This document shows positions 1-11,370 of a stretch of 64,000 nucleotides of DNA, one piece after another. The position numbers and the translations under genes are program-made. The notes beneath the pieces were generated by a model. The model saw nothing but the letters and a program-made list of their open reading frames with translations, was not told the DNA's origin and did no database searches. This stretch comes from Mizuhopecten yessoensis (Eukaryota), in NCBI RefSeq assembly GCF_002113885.1, contig NW_018406060.1, forward strand, positions 1-64,000, written 5' to 3'. Each line of letters begins with the position of its first letter. Positions within the stretch are counted from its first letter, which is position 1.

Positions 1-256
1 TTTGTAATATATAAAGGACATGTAATGGTTTAATGGTATCTGTATTTCAAGAGTATGACATAAGACCGGTATTTCACACTCGTAGAAATATCAGCATATT
101 CTGTTATACTCGTGAAAAAAATGGAACTCAACGAGAAAGCCATTGAATTTTCTATTATTACATTTTTCAGTAAGATGACAAAGGTATTGCCTCCCAAAAA
201 AGTGCAGTAATTAGTAGCATAGTATTTGACGCCAGGTTTTAAAGAAACCGTGCTTT

Positions 257-1254
257 NNNNNNNNNNNNNNNNNNNNNNNNNNNNNNNNNNNNNNNNNNNN
301 NNNNNNNNNNNNNNNNNNNNNNNNNNNNNNNNNNNNNNNNNNNNNNNNNNNNNNNNNNNNNNNNNNNNNNNNNNNNNNNNNNNNNNNNNNNNNNNNNNNN
401 NNNNNNNNNNNNNNNNNNNNNNNNNNNNNNNNNNNNNNNNNNNNNNNNNNNNNNNNNNNNNNNNNNNNNNNNNNNNNNNNNNNNNNNNNNNNNNNNNNNN
501 NNNNNNNNNNNNNNNNNNNNNNNNNNNNNNNNNNNNNNNNNNNNNNNNNNNNNNNNNNNNNNNNNNNNNNNNNNNNNNNNNNNNNNNNNNNNNNNNNNNN
601 NNNNNNNNNNNNNNNNNNNNNNNNNNNNNNNNNNNNNNNNNNNNNNNNNNNNNNNNNNNNNNNNNNNNNNNNNNNNNNNNNNNNNNNNNNNNNNNNNNNN
701 NNNNNNNNNNNNNNNNNNNNNNNNNNNNNNNNNNNNNNNNNNNNNNNNNNNNNNNNNNNNNNNNNNNNNNNNNNNNNNNNNNNNNNNNNNNNNNNNNNNN
801 NNNNNNNNNNNNNNNNNNNNNNNNNNNNNNNNNNNNNNNNNNNNNNNNNNNNNNNNNNNNNNNNNNNNNNNNNNNNNNNNNNNNNNNNNNNNNNNNNNNN
901 NNNNNNNNNNNNNNNNNNNNNNNNNNNNNNNNNNNNNNNNNNNNNNNNNNNNNNNNNNNNNNNNNNNNNNNNNNNNNNNNNNNNNNNNNNNNNNNNNNNN
1001 NNNNNNNNNNNNNNNNNNNNNNNNNNNNNNNNNNNNNNNNNNNNNNNNNNNNNNNNNNNNNNNNNNNNNNNNNNNNNNNNNNNNNNNNNNNNNNNNNNNN
1101 NNNNNNNNNNNNNNNNNNNNNNNNNNNNNNNNNNNNNNNNNNNNNNNNNNNNNNNNNNNNNNNNNNNNNNNNNNNNNNNNNNNNNNNNNNNNNNNNNNNN
1201 NNNNNNNNNNNNNNNNNNNNNNNNNNNNNNNNNNNNNNNNNNNNNNNNNNNNNN
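257..1254. other. Assembly gap (N run); further gaps at 1412-1493 and 59708-60023, single-N contig joins at 19910, 28642, 39056
   Basis: Runs of n seen directly in the sequence. Confidence 0.99.
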
Positions 1255-1493
1255 CGTCGGATAGTAAAATGAGTTGGTCTTAGTGACAAAACAAGTGAAG
1301 AAATTAAAAGCTTTACAGTTTATAAATTTTGTCTGACAACACAACTCATTTCATCAAGCCCTCAACATGACCAAAACATTTCTTTAAACAGCCACGTTAT
1401 GTGCTTATTTCNNNNNNNNNNNNNNNNNNNNNNNNNNNNNNNNNNNNNNNNNNNNNNNNNNNNNNNNNNNNNNNNNNNNNNNNNNNNNNNNNN

Positions 1494-2565
1494 GTATGAT
1501 TTACCAGCAAAATAATATCAATTGCAACATTAATATTGTAGTTTATATAGCAAAGAACATCAAAACAACTATCTTATACCGGGAATTTTTCGGTGCAGGC
1601 TAATTTTCGCCTTTTTCGCCCTCTGTAATGAGGTCGAATTAATATAAGTAGATACAAAGCATTCATAGTAATTTAAAGTGAAAGGCGAACACAAGGCGAA
1701 AATGTATTTCATTGTTGGAGGGCAAGAGATGACTGGGCGAAAATTTCCCGGTATACAGTACCTATTCTACCGTCGCTTCATCTGCATCTAAAACTGAAAC
1801 TCTACGGCTTTGGATGCAGTGAATAGAAAGTATCATTCTGACTGGACAGTGACAAATGTGATATCTTAACATGTAATGTTCAGGATATGAGTATTTGTTA
1901 AATTGATCATTATCAATATTACAGTTTTGTTGAGGTGAATATGTAGTTATATGGAACTGAGATTTTGATACTGACCGAGACAAACTGCTAGAAAAATCGA
2001 AAATATATTTCTGTGATATGATGAACACAACCATAGATTGTCTTACGAAACAAACGCAAGGCAATCAGAGTTGTCTTCCTTGCCATAACGAGATTTGCAC
2101 TAAGAGCGTAAAGACATCTTTAAAGTTGAGCACCATGAGATGAAACACAAAAACCTCTTCTTGATAAGAATTTCCTCAAAATGGACTCAATGAAACCATT
2201 TGTTTCTGTTATCCTGGTTATCATTGTCTACGAGTTTGTATTTTATCCAATTTTACATAATGCATTAACAAGCTTTGACCCACTTCAATCTTCTTCAACA
2301 GCATTAGTTAGTATGTTTTTATTAAAATATTGACAAATTTATTAAATTGTTTTAAAATATCTCGAATAATGAAAATATTGTAATAAATATTATTAGCTAC
2401 AACAAACATTTAAATACAGACTTAGCTTTTTTTCTTTACTTTCTTGCCTTGACTTGTTACAAGCTCCGGTGTCTCGTGTCAAATAAGCCATACTTTGACT
2501 TAATTCTTGATATAAATACTTGACATTAATATCAAGATACAAACAAAAAATCTAATAATTGGGAA
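1494..2565 (+). repeat. Segmental duplication, paralogous to ~42137-43225 (also 1-256 ~ 41876-42068 and 1255-1411 ~ 41321-41478)
   Basis: Long collinear near-identity by eye, e.g. gatttaccagcaaaataatatcaattgcaac and gtatacagtacctattctaccgtcgcttcatctgcatctaaaa occur in both places. Confidence 0.95.
1575..1760. mobile_element. MITE-like element with ~18-bp terminal inverted repeats (second copy ~42218-42409)
   Basis: tataccgggaatttttcg ... cgaaaatttcccggtata (1 mismatch), internal ttttcgcc/ggcgaaaa inverted motifs, no coding capacity. Confidence 0.65.
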
Positions 2566-3519
2566 ACCTATAGTGTTAAAGTATATCTATATTTTATCGG
2601 GACTCGAACTCAAACCTAAGGAGATGTTATACAACACCAGGGAAAAGTGCGTCACAAATTACAATGTTCGGGTTTATATTTACAACCTATACTAGTATAA
2701 CTGCTGACGATAGAGTTGTTCATCCCTACTCTATTGATTCTCTATGGTAAATGTTATATACCTTTTGAGGAACATTGTTTTAACCTCTTTATTTTGATTT
2801 GAAGTCAAAAGTGCTAACAATCCTTCCTTTACAGCTCCTCATAGTAATATTATAATAATACGTTATTCGAATCAGAACTCACGACCTCACGACGTTACAC
2901 ACATACGTGATGCACCTTCAAACTCTGGTACTAGATACAGTGTGTCAAATAGTGAATTACACTGGATTATCTCCAAGGACTCATCGGTGACGCTAGGGGC
3001 CAAAAGTTGGGAATCCAAATTGTCTAGACAACTGTAGAAACAGAGGGACAGGTGCGTAAAACACCGTTGGTTATGAATTTCTTTATTTGTGGGAGTACTG
3101 ATTAATTTCAAATTTCAAATTAAATAATAAAAAGTGTGTATATCATGAACCGTTCCACTTCTCAAAAGAGATAACTGTGGCCATCAAGGTTACAGCAAAC
3201 CTTGGGGACTAAAATGTCCACCAGCAGAAACTACCACCTTGTATCTTGAAAGATGAACGAAACACACATACACGTGATTCAATTTTAAGATTTTTAAATA
3301 GATACAGTAGGTCAAAAATGAATGACCCTGCATAAGACAGATATCGTATTTTTTTGGTACTGTAATGTAGTGTGCATTTCATTTGCTGTTAACAACATTA
3401 TTAAAATCACAATGTCTTTGCAGTAGCAGATGTCAATAATTATGTAGAAACAATTAATATCAAATAGGAAGGGTAGCCGCAAGTAGTAATCTAGGTATGT
3501 ATTACATGCATCTAAAACA

Positions 3520-3665
3520 GTTAAAGATAACACACAATATCAGCCTAGGGTTCAACAGTCTGGCCCACGGCGAAGACAAGGTCAGGAAGATACAAACATA
3601 ACTAGCAATGTCTACCTGTAAACACCTGGAAGTTTAAACTGGAAGAGACCTGAAGCATAACAGGT
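3520..3665 (+). promoter_or_regulatory. Putative promoter/non-coding first exon module A of TRIM-like gene 1; splice donor cag|gtatgt at 3663/3664
   Basis: Motif tacctgtaaacacctggaag...actggaagag...cag|gtatgttt recurs upstream of paralogues (4908-4966, 8159-8205, 15197-15256, 32698-32757, and on the minus strand near 24130-24192 and 24880-24905). Exon status is inferred. Confidence 0.55.
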
Positions 3666-4814
3666 ATGTTTGTAATGTGTTACTGTTGTTGGTGGAGGTG
3701 TTGATTTCGTACTACTTACATGATACAATATATCCATGTCTGACATTAGCAAAAATATATTTTATAGACACAAACAATGTTATAACTTACATATATTGGC
3801 CATATATTGTGACTGGGTGGTATACAAATCAAAAGTAGATCAGGCCGGCAGGTACAAAGATAAAACAGATAACACAGTTACTGCTCATACAATATAACAT
3901 TTACTCTGTAAGCATACTAGTGAGAATTACCTGAATTATGTTGTACTCAAGAATAGTCGAAAGGAAACATTCAAAAGATTTGCACTTATTTACATAATGC
4001 AATGTGATTAACAACAGCGTAATTAACCATACCATTCGTTTCATGGGAACCTTGATAATTCGTTCATGGATTTTCAATGCACACTATCAATGAAAATATG
4101 TAGCTATATCATTACTACGTGGTAAGTAGGGAACCGTTGAATATCAAGTGTTGACTAAAACATGAAACATTCGTTTCCAGCATGAGTCACAGTTAAAGCT
4201 AACACAAACTATCTACCTGGCGTACAAAAGGCAAGATTTCGGACATTTTACAACATGCAAATCAAGGATACGTGCATACAAAGAAACTTTTGCTAAAATA
4301 AGCGGTGCATCTCTTTGTCGTTTCTCTGTCTTTACAGACTCGTGTCTTGCACATTCAGCACATAGTTCACAAGCCTATTTAAAAATTGTCTAATATATGT
4401 TTTTTAGATTCTTAGAGTAACTTGACTCAGTAAGTTTTTAAGTCTTTTTCAAAAATATGTCTCAGTTTTCGTTCACGCTCATATATGATACATGTGATTT
4501 AAAAACAAAACTTTTTTTTATAAAATACGAATTATTTCAAATGTATGTATTGTCTTATTGAAATATATATATATTAAGACTTTCTCCAAACTCAGATTCA
4601 CAGTTCATTAATTTTGTGCACACACTAACGCCCCCATTTAAGGTATCTAAAGCAGTCCTTTTTTAAAAAATAATCTCAACAAGTGCTTATTTGCGATTCC
4701 GAATTTTTACCCTTTTAATAATTATCAGTCCATATTTAATCGTAGAAGATATAAAGGACCTCTCATATACTGTTGAATGAAGTACTGACTAGGCAGATCC
4801 AGCATGTGTCACAA

Positions 4815-4966
4815 ATAAAAGATAACATGCAATGTCAAACTAGGGTACAAAGGGTAGGGACAAGACAAAGGCAAGTTCAGGTAGATACAAAGTAACTATG
4901 TCTCTTTACCTGTAAGCATGTGGAAGCTTTAACTGGAAGAGAGGGGGACACTACATCAATAAAGGT
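4815..4966 (+). promoter_or_regulatory. Putative promoter/non-coding first exon module B (tandem duplicate of module A); donor aag|gtttgt at 4964/4965
   Basis: ~3520-4170 and ~4815-5450 align; both contain ataacttaca(t)rtattggccatatattgtgactgggtggtataca. Confidence 0.5.
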
Positions 4967-5720
4967 TTGTTTGTAATTTATTGTTGGTGGTGTTCATGTT
5001 CATAATGTATTATTTATGTGTGAGATATATTCAATGATAACAACATTGCTATAACTTACATGTATTGGCCATATATTGTGACTGGGTGGTATACAAGTCC
5101 GAAATACATCTGGGCAGGTACACAGATAAAGCAGATAGCACAGTTATTGATGCAATTCGGTCATCATACAATTTATTTAATTTGTAAGCTTACTAGTGAA
5201 CTTACCTCTTTTATTTTGCACGTGACGGTAACGAACAGGAAAAGTTCTGAAGATTTTCACTTATTTACGTATGCGATGTTATTAACAACAGCGTAATACC
5301 AAATAACATAATTTGTATGCACACCTTGTCCACCCGCTCAGCGATTCTGAGTGCACATTATTCAATGAATATATGTAGCTGTATAATTACTACAGGGTAA
5401 GTTGAAAATTATTAAATACCAAGTGTTCATTTCAACGTTAAACGTTCAGTATATATAATTTCCTTCAAAAGTTGTGATGATGTAATTACTTACTTTTTAA
5501 TTTCGTTACAGAAATCATGCTGATAACTCACAGTAAGCTGATCATCACAGTAAGGATTATAGACTAAAGGTGATCCCTGTATTAAGAAACGTCAGTAACC
5601 ATCACAGGCTGTGAGGCCCACGTCATTTGTGTATTATGAGAGGCCAGTAACATTCAGTAGGTGGAATCTCACCCATCGCATGTCTGTTAACATATATAGA
5701 TAATGCTAAAACTAGCAAAA

Positions 5721-7304
5721 ATGGCAGAAAAGGCGATTTCTTTCTATAAAGGACAGATAGTGGTTCGCAGCCAGGATCAAACTAGATGTGTACACCACAA
5801 AAGCGAGATCTTGGATTGGTTTTGTGAGACATGTTATGACGTCATATGTGCCAAATGTGTGTCCACTTCACACAAAGGTCATGACAATATCCTACTTAGT
5901 GAAGTTACTCTCGACAACAAACGTAAGATAAAATCATTCATAAATGAAACGGAGCAAAAAGAGCTGATTGGAATTCAACAGGAAATCATTTCAACACAGC
6001 ACAGTCTGGATGAAGACTTGAACCATTTCGAGAGTGTAGCGGAAGAAGTAAAAGAGCAAGGGGAGAAACTTAAGAAGGATATTGATGTTTTGATATCAGA
6101 AACACTATCTCGGTTGAAACATCTAGAAGAAGAAAATACTAAACTGCTCACCAGTTACAGCACTGAACTTGAGAAAATACTAGCAGACCTAAAGGAACAA
6201 CTAACACACTGTAAGGAAACTCTTCAGACAGGCACAGATATCCAGGTGTTTAACCTTTCAAAAGGACTTCAGACAAATATCACCTTACCTGAAAAACCAA
6301 AGTTAGGTTCTGCCAAATTCACCCCAAACAACAGAAGGAATATAATCTTGAAGGAGGCATTTGGAAAAGTTTCCCTGAGACCATCGGAACAGTCTCAGTC
6401 CACTACCGGCCCTGACCAGTCAGATGAAACATCAGTTGATGATAACCCGCTACCTTCCGGACATCAACAATCAGTTAAAGGGAGCACTGACACAGGTCAA
6501 TACCAGAAGAGGGTTCTTCCTCCTCAGATTAAGATTATATCAGAATGGGAATCGCCATGTCGAATAAATGCTATGTGTCCCAAAAGTGGTGGCGGCGTTT
6601 GGACAAGTCCCGGGTCCAAAATGACCCACCTAAACTGTCAAGGAGAGATACAGCAGGAGATAAAGAGTCCTGTCTACATCAACGATATCACTTTATCCCC
6701 TACTACACACAACCTCTGGGCATGTTCTTCAGGTAAACTGACCCGCAGATTCAAAACAAAGGATAAACCCCGATGTCTGTGTATTACAAGAGATGGATAT
6801 ATTCTTGTGGGAACAAAACACAGAATTACCGAGTACACTCCAGAAGGGAAGCCCGGTATCGCCACCAAAACATATTTGTTCAAGAAACCGAAGGTACGTT
6901 CACCACAGAGTATATCACAATGTCCAATCAATGACAATGTCGCTGTCGTTGATAGAGATGATGCAGATGATGGTGGCAAGGACAAACCAACAGTCATAGT
7001 GCTGGACAGACAACTACAGCAGTTATACAGGTATGGAGAATCACAACATTACAGCGGATCTATGTCTCTAGCTTTTCGTCCCTGGGATGTAACGTACGAC
7101 AGTCTAGGGTTGCTGGTGATAGCTGACCTTGCCAACAAAGGCCTACATCTGCTGAGTGGCGATGGACAATACCTGCGACTGTTATATACTGACCTAGCAT
7201 GTCCCTTGGCTGTATTGGTAGACACGGAGGGAGTTCTGTGGGCGGTGTTTGGTTTATCTAACACTGATCAAAAGGTGAAACGTCTACAGTACACAAGTGT
7301 TTGA
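5721..7304 (+). CDS. RING-less TRIM-like protein (B-box2, coiled coil, NHL-like beta-propeller), copy 1, ~527 aa
   Basis: B-box2 motif CVHHKSEILDWFCETCYDVICAKCVSTSHKGH; heptad-rich helical region; NHL-like blades (PWDVTYDSLGLLVIADLANKGLHLLSGDGQYL). Start placed at MAEKA, which aligns with the paralogue starts (in-frame ATG also at 5703). Putative acceptor ttcgttacag at 5511. Confidence 0.9.
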   Translation: MAEKAISFYKGQIVVRSQDQTRCVHHKSEILDWFCETCYDVICAKCVSTSHKGHDNILLSEVTLDNKRKIKSFINETEQKELIGIQQEIISTQHSLDEDLNHFESVAEEVKEQGEKLKKDIDVLISETLSRLKHLEEENTKLLTSYSTELEKILADLKEQLTHCKETLQTGTDIQVFNLSKGLQTNITLPEKPKLGSAKFTPNNRRNIILKEAFGKVSLRPSEQSQSTTGPDQSDETSVDDNPLPSGHQQSVKGSTDTGQYQKRVLPPQIKIISEWESPCRINAMCPKSGGGVWTSPGSKMTHLNCQGEIQQEIKSPVYINDITLSPTTHNLWACSSGKLTRRFKTKDKPRCLCITRDGYILVGTKHRITEYTPEGKPGIATKTYLFKKPKVRSPQSISQCPINDNVAVVDRDDADDGGKDKPTVIVLDRQLQQLYRYGESQHYSGSMSLAFRPWDVTYDSLGLLVIADLANKGLHLLSGDGQYLRLLYTDLACPLAVLVDTEGVLWAVFGLSNTDQKVKRLQYTSV

Positions 7305-8390
7305 AGCAGACTATATTTGTTATTACATTTACGAGTAGTACAAAGGTCGAACATTATCAACTCAAGTGTCGCATTAAACAATTAGTTCCTCTATATTTGA
7401 AAGAATTAGTTAAATTATCCTGCAAATACTGTCTTTAATGATGTGATAACTAACATTAACACTTCCCAACGAAGTTTTGTTATGATTTTGAATGAAAAGA
7501 TAAATAATAACAATCTATGACCTTTAAATTTTGACATATATAAGTGTATACATATATTGGTAATCAATCGATTGGATAAATCAAGTATAATTACTTGGTA
7601 TCAATTCAACCCATTCTCTCCTTTTGTCGAATTCCATCTGTTTCAAAGTATAATTCAAACCATGTAAATCGTCTATTAATATTGTTGTATTTCCCACATT
7701 CCCGAAGGGCAATTGAACCTATGCTATGCCGTGGCGCAGAATCTGTCGTCTGATACCTTTTCTTTGAACAACCTGTTTTTCCTAAATAACGGAAAGGCTT
7801 TGGCTTTGTAGAATTTGATTAACTACCGAAACTAAATCTATTTTTTATTCCGTGCTTATATTAAGTTTGTTATGCCACAGTTCTTCAGAACATCTTTGTT
7901 AAATAACCAATAAAAAGAACTTTTCATACATAATAAATAGCTAGCAAGAAATAGGTGGTATCCCATTGTGAAAGACAACGGTGTACACATCAGGGGCTTG
8001 TTGCCTTACAATGCTGTAGATAAGTATATAAGGGTAACATTGAGGACAGGGAAGTAGAGCTAAATCAACTGTGCAAACAACTTCTTTTATAAAGCATTAA
8101 GGTACATGTAGGTACATGTATAACTTTGGCCGGGTAAACACAGATGGCCAGATATGTGTACCTGTAATCACCTGGCAGAGAAGACAAACTTTCTGCATTA
8201 CAGTTATGTTGATAATTTGTTGCTATTGCTGGTGATGGTGTTTTGCTTTTGTGTGAAATGTATTCATGCTAATTTTATCAATGAAACCATACGCGTTTTG
8301 CCGGGAAATCGTACAAGTACAGGGGGGCATCTTGGTAGAGAAAAACAAGGCACAAACTGTAAGGAAAGTCTAAAATGAATATAGGAAGGT

Positions 8391-9481
8391 TTTTAGGTCA
8401 CCTGAGCTTTAGCTCAATTGACCTATTGCTATCCGTCTTCGTGCGTCGTCGTCCGTCGTCCGTCGTGCGACGTCCGTTAACATTTTACATTTTCAACTTA
8501 GGCTGAAATACTGGCAAAGGGATTTCATTAATATTTCATGGGAAGGTTACTGACCACTCCCTGAACAAGTGTTGTTATTTTTCGGGTCGATCAGAAATCC
8601 AATATGAACTGAAACTTTGTAGGAATAATCGACTCAAGGTCCTGACAAAGTGTTGTTATTTTTGGGTCGATCAGAAATCAAATATGGCCGCCACGGCCGC
8701 CATTTTGAAAACTATTTCAAACTTAAAGTCAAGTTCTGCTAGGCCGATTGAACTGACAATTGGTTGGAATGATCGACTCATGATCCTGACAAAGCGTTGT
8801 TATTTTTCGGGTCTATCAAAAATCCAATATTGCTGCCACAGCCGCCATTTTGAAAAACTATTTCAAAATTAAAGTCAAGTTCTGCTAGGCCGATTGAACT
8901 GACACTTGGTTGGAATGATCGACTCATGATCCTGACAAAGCGTTGTTATTTTTCGGGTCTATCAGAAATCCAATATGGGCGCCACGGCCGCCATTTTGAA
9001 AAACTATTTCAAAATTAAAGTCAAGTTCTGCTAGGACGATTGAACTGACACTTGGTTGGAATGATCGACTCATGATCCTGACAAAGCGTTGTTGTTTTTC
9101 GGGTCTATCAGAAATCCAATATTGCTGCCCCAGCCGCCATTTTGAAAAACTATTTCAAACTTAAAGTCAAGTTCTGCTAGGCCGATTGAACTGACACTTG
9201 GTAGGAATGATCGACTCATGGTCCTGACAAAGTTTTGTTATTTTTCAGGTCGATCAGAAACAGAATTTGGCTGCCATGGCCGCTATTTTGAAAATACCTA
9301 TTTCAAAGTTCTTATAGGCCGATCTAACTGAAAATCGGTCTAGGAATGATCAGCTCATGGTCCTGACAAACTTAAGTTAACGTTATACTTAACATTTTTT
9401 ACTCAAATTGGTACATATTTTAACAACAAAAATAAATACTGTAGGAATCAGGTGACCGTTAAGGCCCATGGGCCTCTTGTT
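8391..9481 (+). mobile_element. Non-autonomous Helentron-associated element (HINE/DINE-1/pearl-like) with internal ~146-bp tandem repeats
   Basis: 5' ttttaggtcacctga, (cgtc) microsatellite, ~5 tandem units (ccgccattttg at 8697, 8842, 8988, 9134), 3' tcaggtgacc plus palindrome aggcccatgggcct and cttgtt. Empty site in paralogous DNA near 32940-32985. Confidence 0.85.
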
Positions 9482-10404
9482 GTAGAATGAGTTTTGAGTC
9501 CTATAAACAACTTGAGTCATTTAAGGACGTACCGTCTTGTGTGTAATTTATATGTGCGTGTTGGTGGGTGCGTGTTTAATATTTGTCTCGCTGTAATTAC
9601 GCTTATAACCTTCTTCGCTTGGGTAAACAAACTACACCAAGGCCAAAAGCAAGGTATAACAAAAAGAAACATTAGAAAATGAAAAACAAATAATTACAAA
9701 AGAAATAACAAATCCGGAATGTTGCAATAGAAAATATATTTCATATTTGTCGGATTTCATTCCCAAGATTAAGGGCTCAAACATCCAATTATGCAGGAGG
9801 CACAGAAGTCATGTGATGTATTAGAAGGTGGCAGACAAAATAATTACAGACGCAAGGTACATTTGAATAAATACACATGGATAGGAACACGTTTTTGCCG
9901 TAATTCATCTATTAAACAATTGTTATGTTTCCATTATTAGCATGCTCCGTTTTTCCCTATGATGATATCCTCGTGATATTTCTTGTATAATTTTGTATTT
10001 GAAGGTGGCCAAAGGATATTATAAACATAAATGATCATGAATTGTTTAACCATTTATGTTTTTTTTGTATTTTGTAGCTTGTAAACAGCTTGATATTTTT
10101 CAATGATAATACGTAGTTTTATCATTACTTAACTGTGGGAAAGTTGATGCGGGTAGCTGCACTGTCTTAAATGGAAGTAATTCTACTAACGCGCATCTAC
10201 TTTTTACCAGTTATTTCTAGACGGTAAGTCGAGAACTATGCATGTCCAGTGTCAATGTCGTATTAAACTACCAAAGTTCCTTTGAAAGTAAAAAAATCAG
10301 TGTAAACAGTTGGGAGCAAACTTGACTTGTTATATAGTGCATTATGTAGTGCACACGTGGTGAACAAGGTAGTGTACTAGACAAGACATTGTAATGCGCT
10401 CCCG

Positions 10405-10702
10405 TGCGCTACAGTGTTAACTCTAGTGCACTACGGTGTAAACTCCAGCGCACAACAGTGTTAACTCAAGTGAACTACGGTGTTAACTCCAGCGCACTAC
10501 GGTGTTAACTCCATCGCACTACGGTGTTAACTCAAGTGTACTACGGTGTTAACTCAAGTGCACTATGGTGTTAACTCCATCGCACAAAGGTGTTAACTCA
10601 AGTGTGCTACGGTGTTAAATCCAGTGCACTACTGTGATAACTCAATCTATGGTGTTAACTCCAGTGCACAACTGTGATAACTCAAGTGTACTACGGTGTT
10701 TA
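10405..10702. repeat. Minisatellite, ~22-bp unit (actacggtgttaactc[a/c]agtgc), ~13 copies
   Basis: Directly visible tandem array. Confidence 0.9.
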
Positions 10703-11155
10703 CGCTAGTTTAATAGACTGAAGTACAAATTTAGGTCATTGTTTGGGAAATAAAGGCAAAATGTATTATATGATAATTGAATGAGCAGAGATAAAATATC
10801 AATTGACTATCGCATAATTTTTCTGATTTTTCAAAATTTCATTTTGATATGTTTAAACAGGATAAATTGTATTCTATTATAGGTGATTGTAAAACACTAA
10901 TAGTCATTTGTTTAATTTCAAACGAAAGCAGTTTTATACTGAAGTATGTGTTAATTATGTGAGATTGTTAATCCAAAGTTGTCTGCCTTTAGGAAACCTT
11001 AACAGAGATAGGTCTTACATGTACCTGGTAAGGACAAATAATAGTAAAAGTAATCATGATAATAGTGCATTGTCCCCTTTCTCTTCTCCCCATCCCCAAT
11101 ACCTTACATATCCTTCTAGTTTTGCCTTGGCCCTAGCCAGGAGGCTATGTGGCTC

Positions 11156-11370
11156 TAACGAACAATAGTTTAGGGCACCTGGTGATGGCTGACTATGCCA
11201 ACAAATGCTTCCTACTGCTGAGTGGTGATGGACAGTATCTGCGACTGCTACATACTGACATAGGCAGACCTTGGGCTTTATGTGTGGACACGTAGGAAGT
11301 CCTGTGGGCGGTGTTTGGTACATATGGCACTGCAAAAAATGTGTAACGTCTCCAGTACACAAGTGTTTAA
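11156..11370 (+). pseudogene. C-terminal remnant of a TRIM-like NHL gene (last blades) with in-frame stops; degraded upstream module at ~7980-10320
   Basis: Aligns to 3' end of paralogues (ctgctgagtggtgatggacagtatctgcgactg ... cagtacacaagtgtttaa); GAG>TAG and AAA>TAA changes; upstream donor mutated to cag|ttatgt at 8203. Confidence 0.85.

Noticed and set aside
30-1344. Long ORFs 30-1289, 211-1344, 226-1272 (and 59554-60081)
   Set aside because: They are almost entirely translated N gaps.
1762-2064. 100-aa ORF repeated at 42411-42704
   Set aside because: Similarity is explained by the segmental duplication; no domain, indels between copies, non-ATG start.
5060-5296. ORF YWPYIVTGWYTSPK shared with 23895-24086
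   Set aside because: Lies in the duplicated putative intron; starts and ends are not conserved among copies.
5517-5567. Upstream mini-ORF MLITHSKLIITVRIID, also before copy 4
   Set aside because: Shared only between the closest duplicates; frame and sequence are not kept in copies 5 and 6, so a conserved uORF is unsupported.
6545-7264. Overlapping and antisense ORFs in the TRIM-like genes, recurring in paralogues
   Set aside because: By-products of the conserved sense coding sequence.
8684-9300. Repeat arrays as possible CRISPR (also 10405-10702, 13835-13964)
   Set aside because: Head-to-tail repeats without unique spacers, no cas genes, eukaryotic context.
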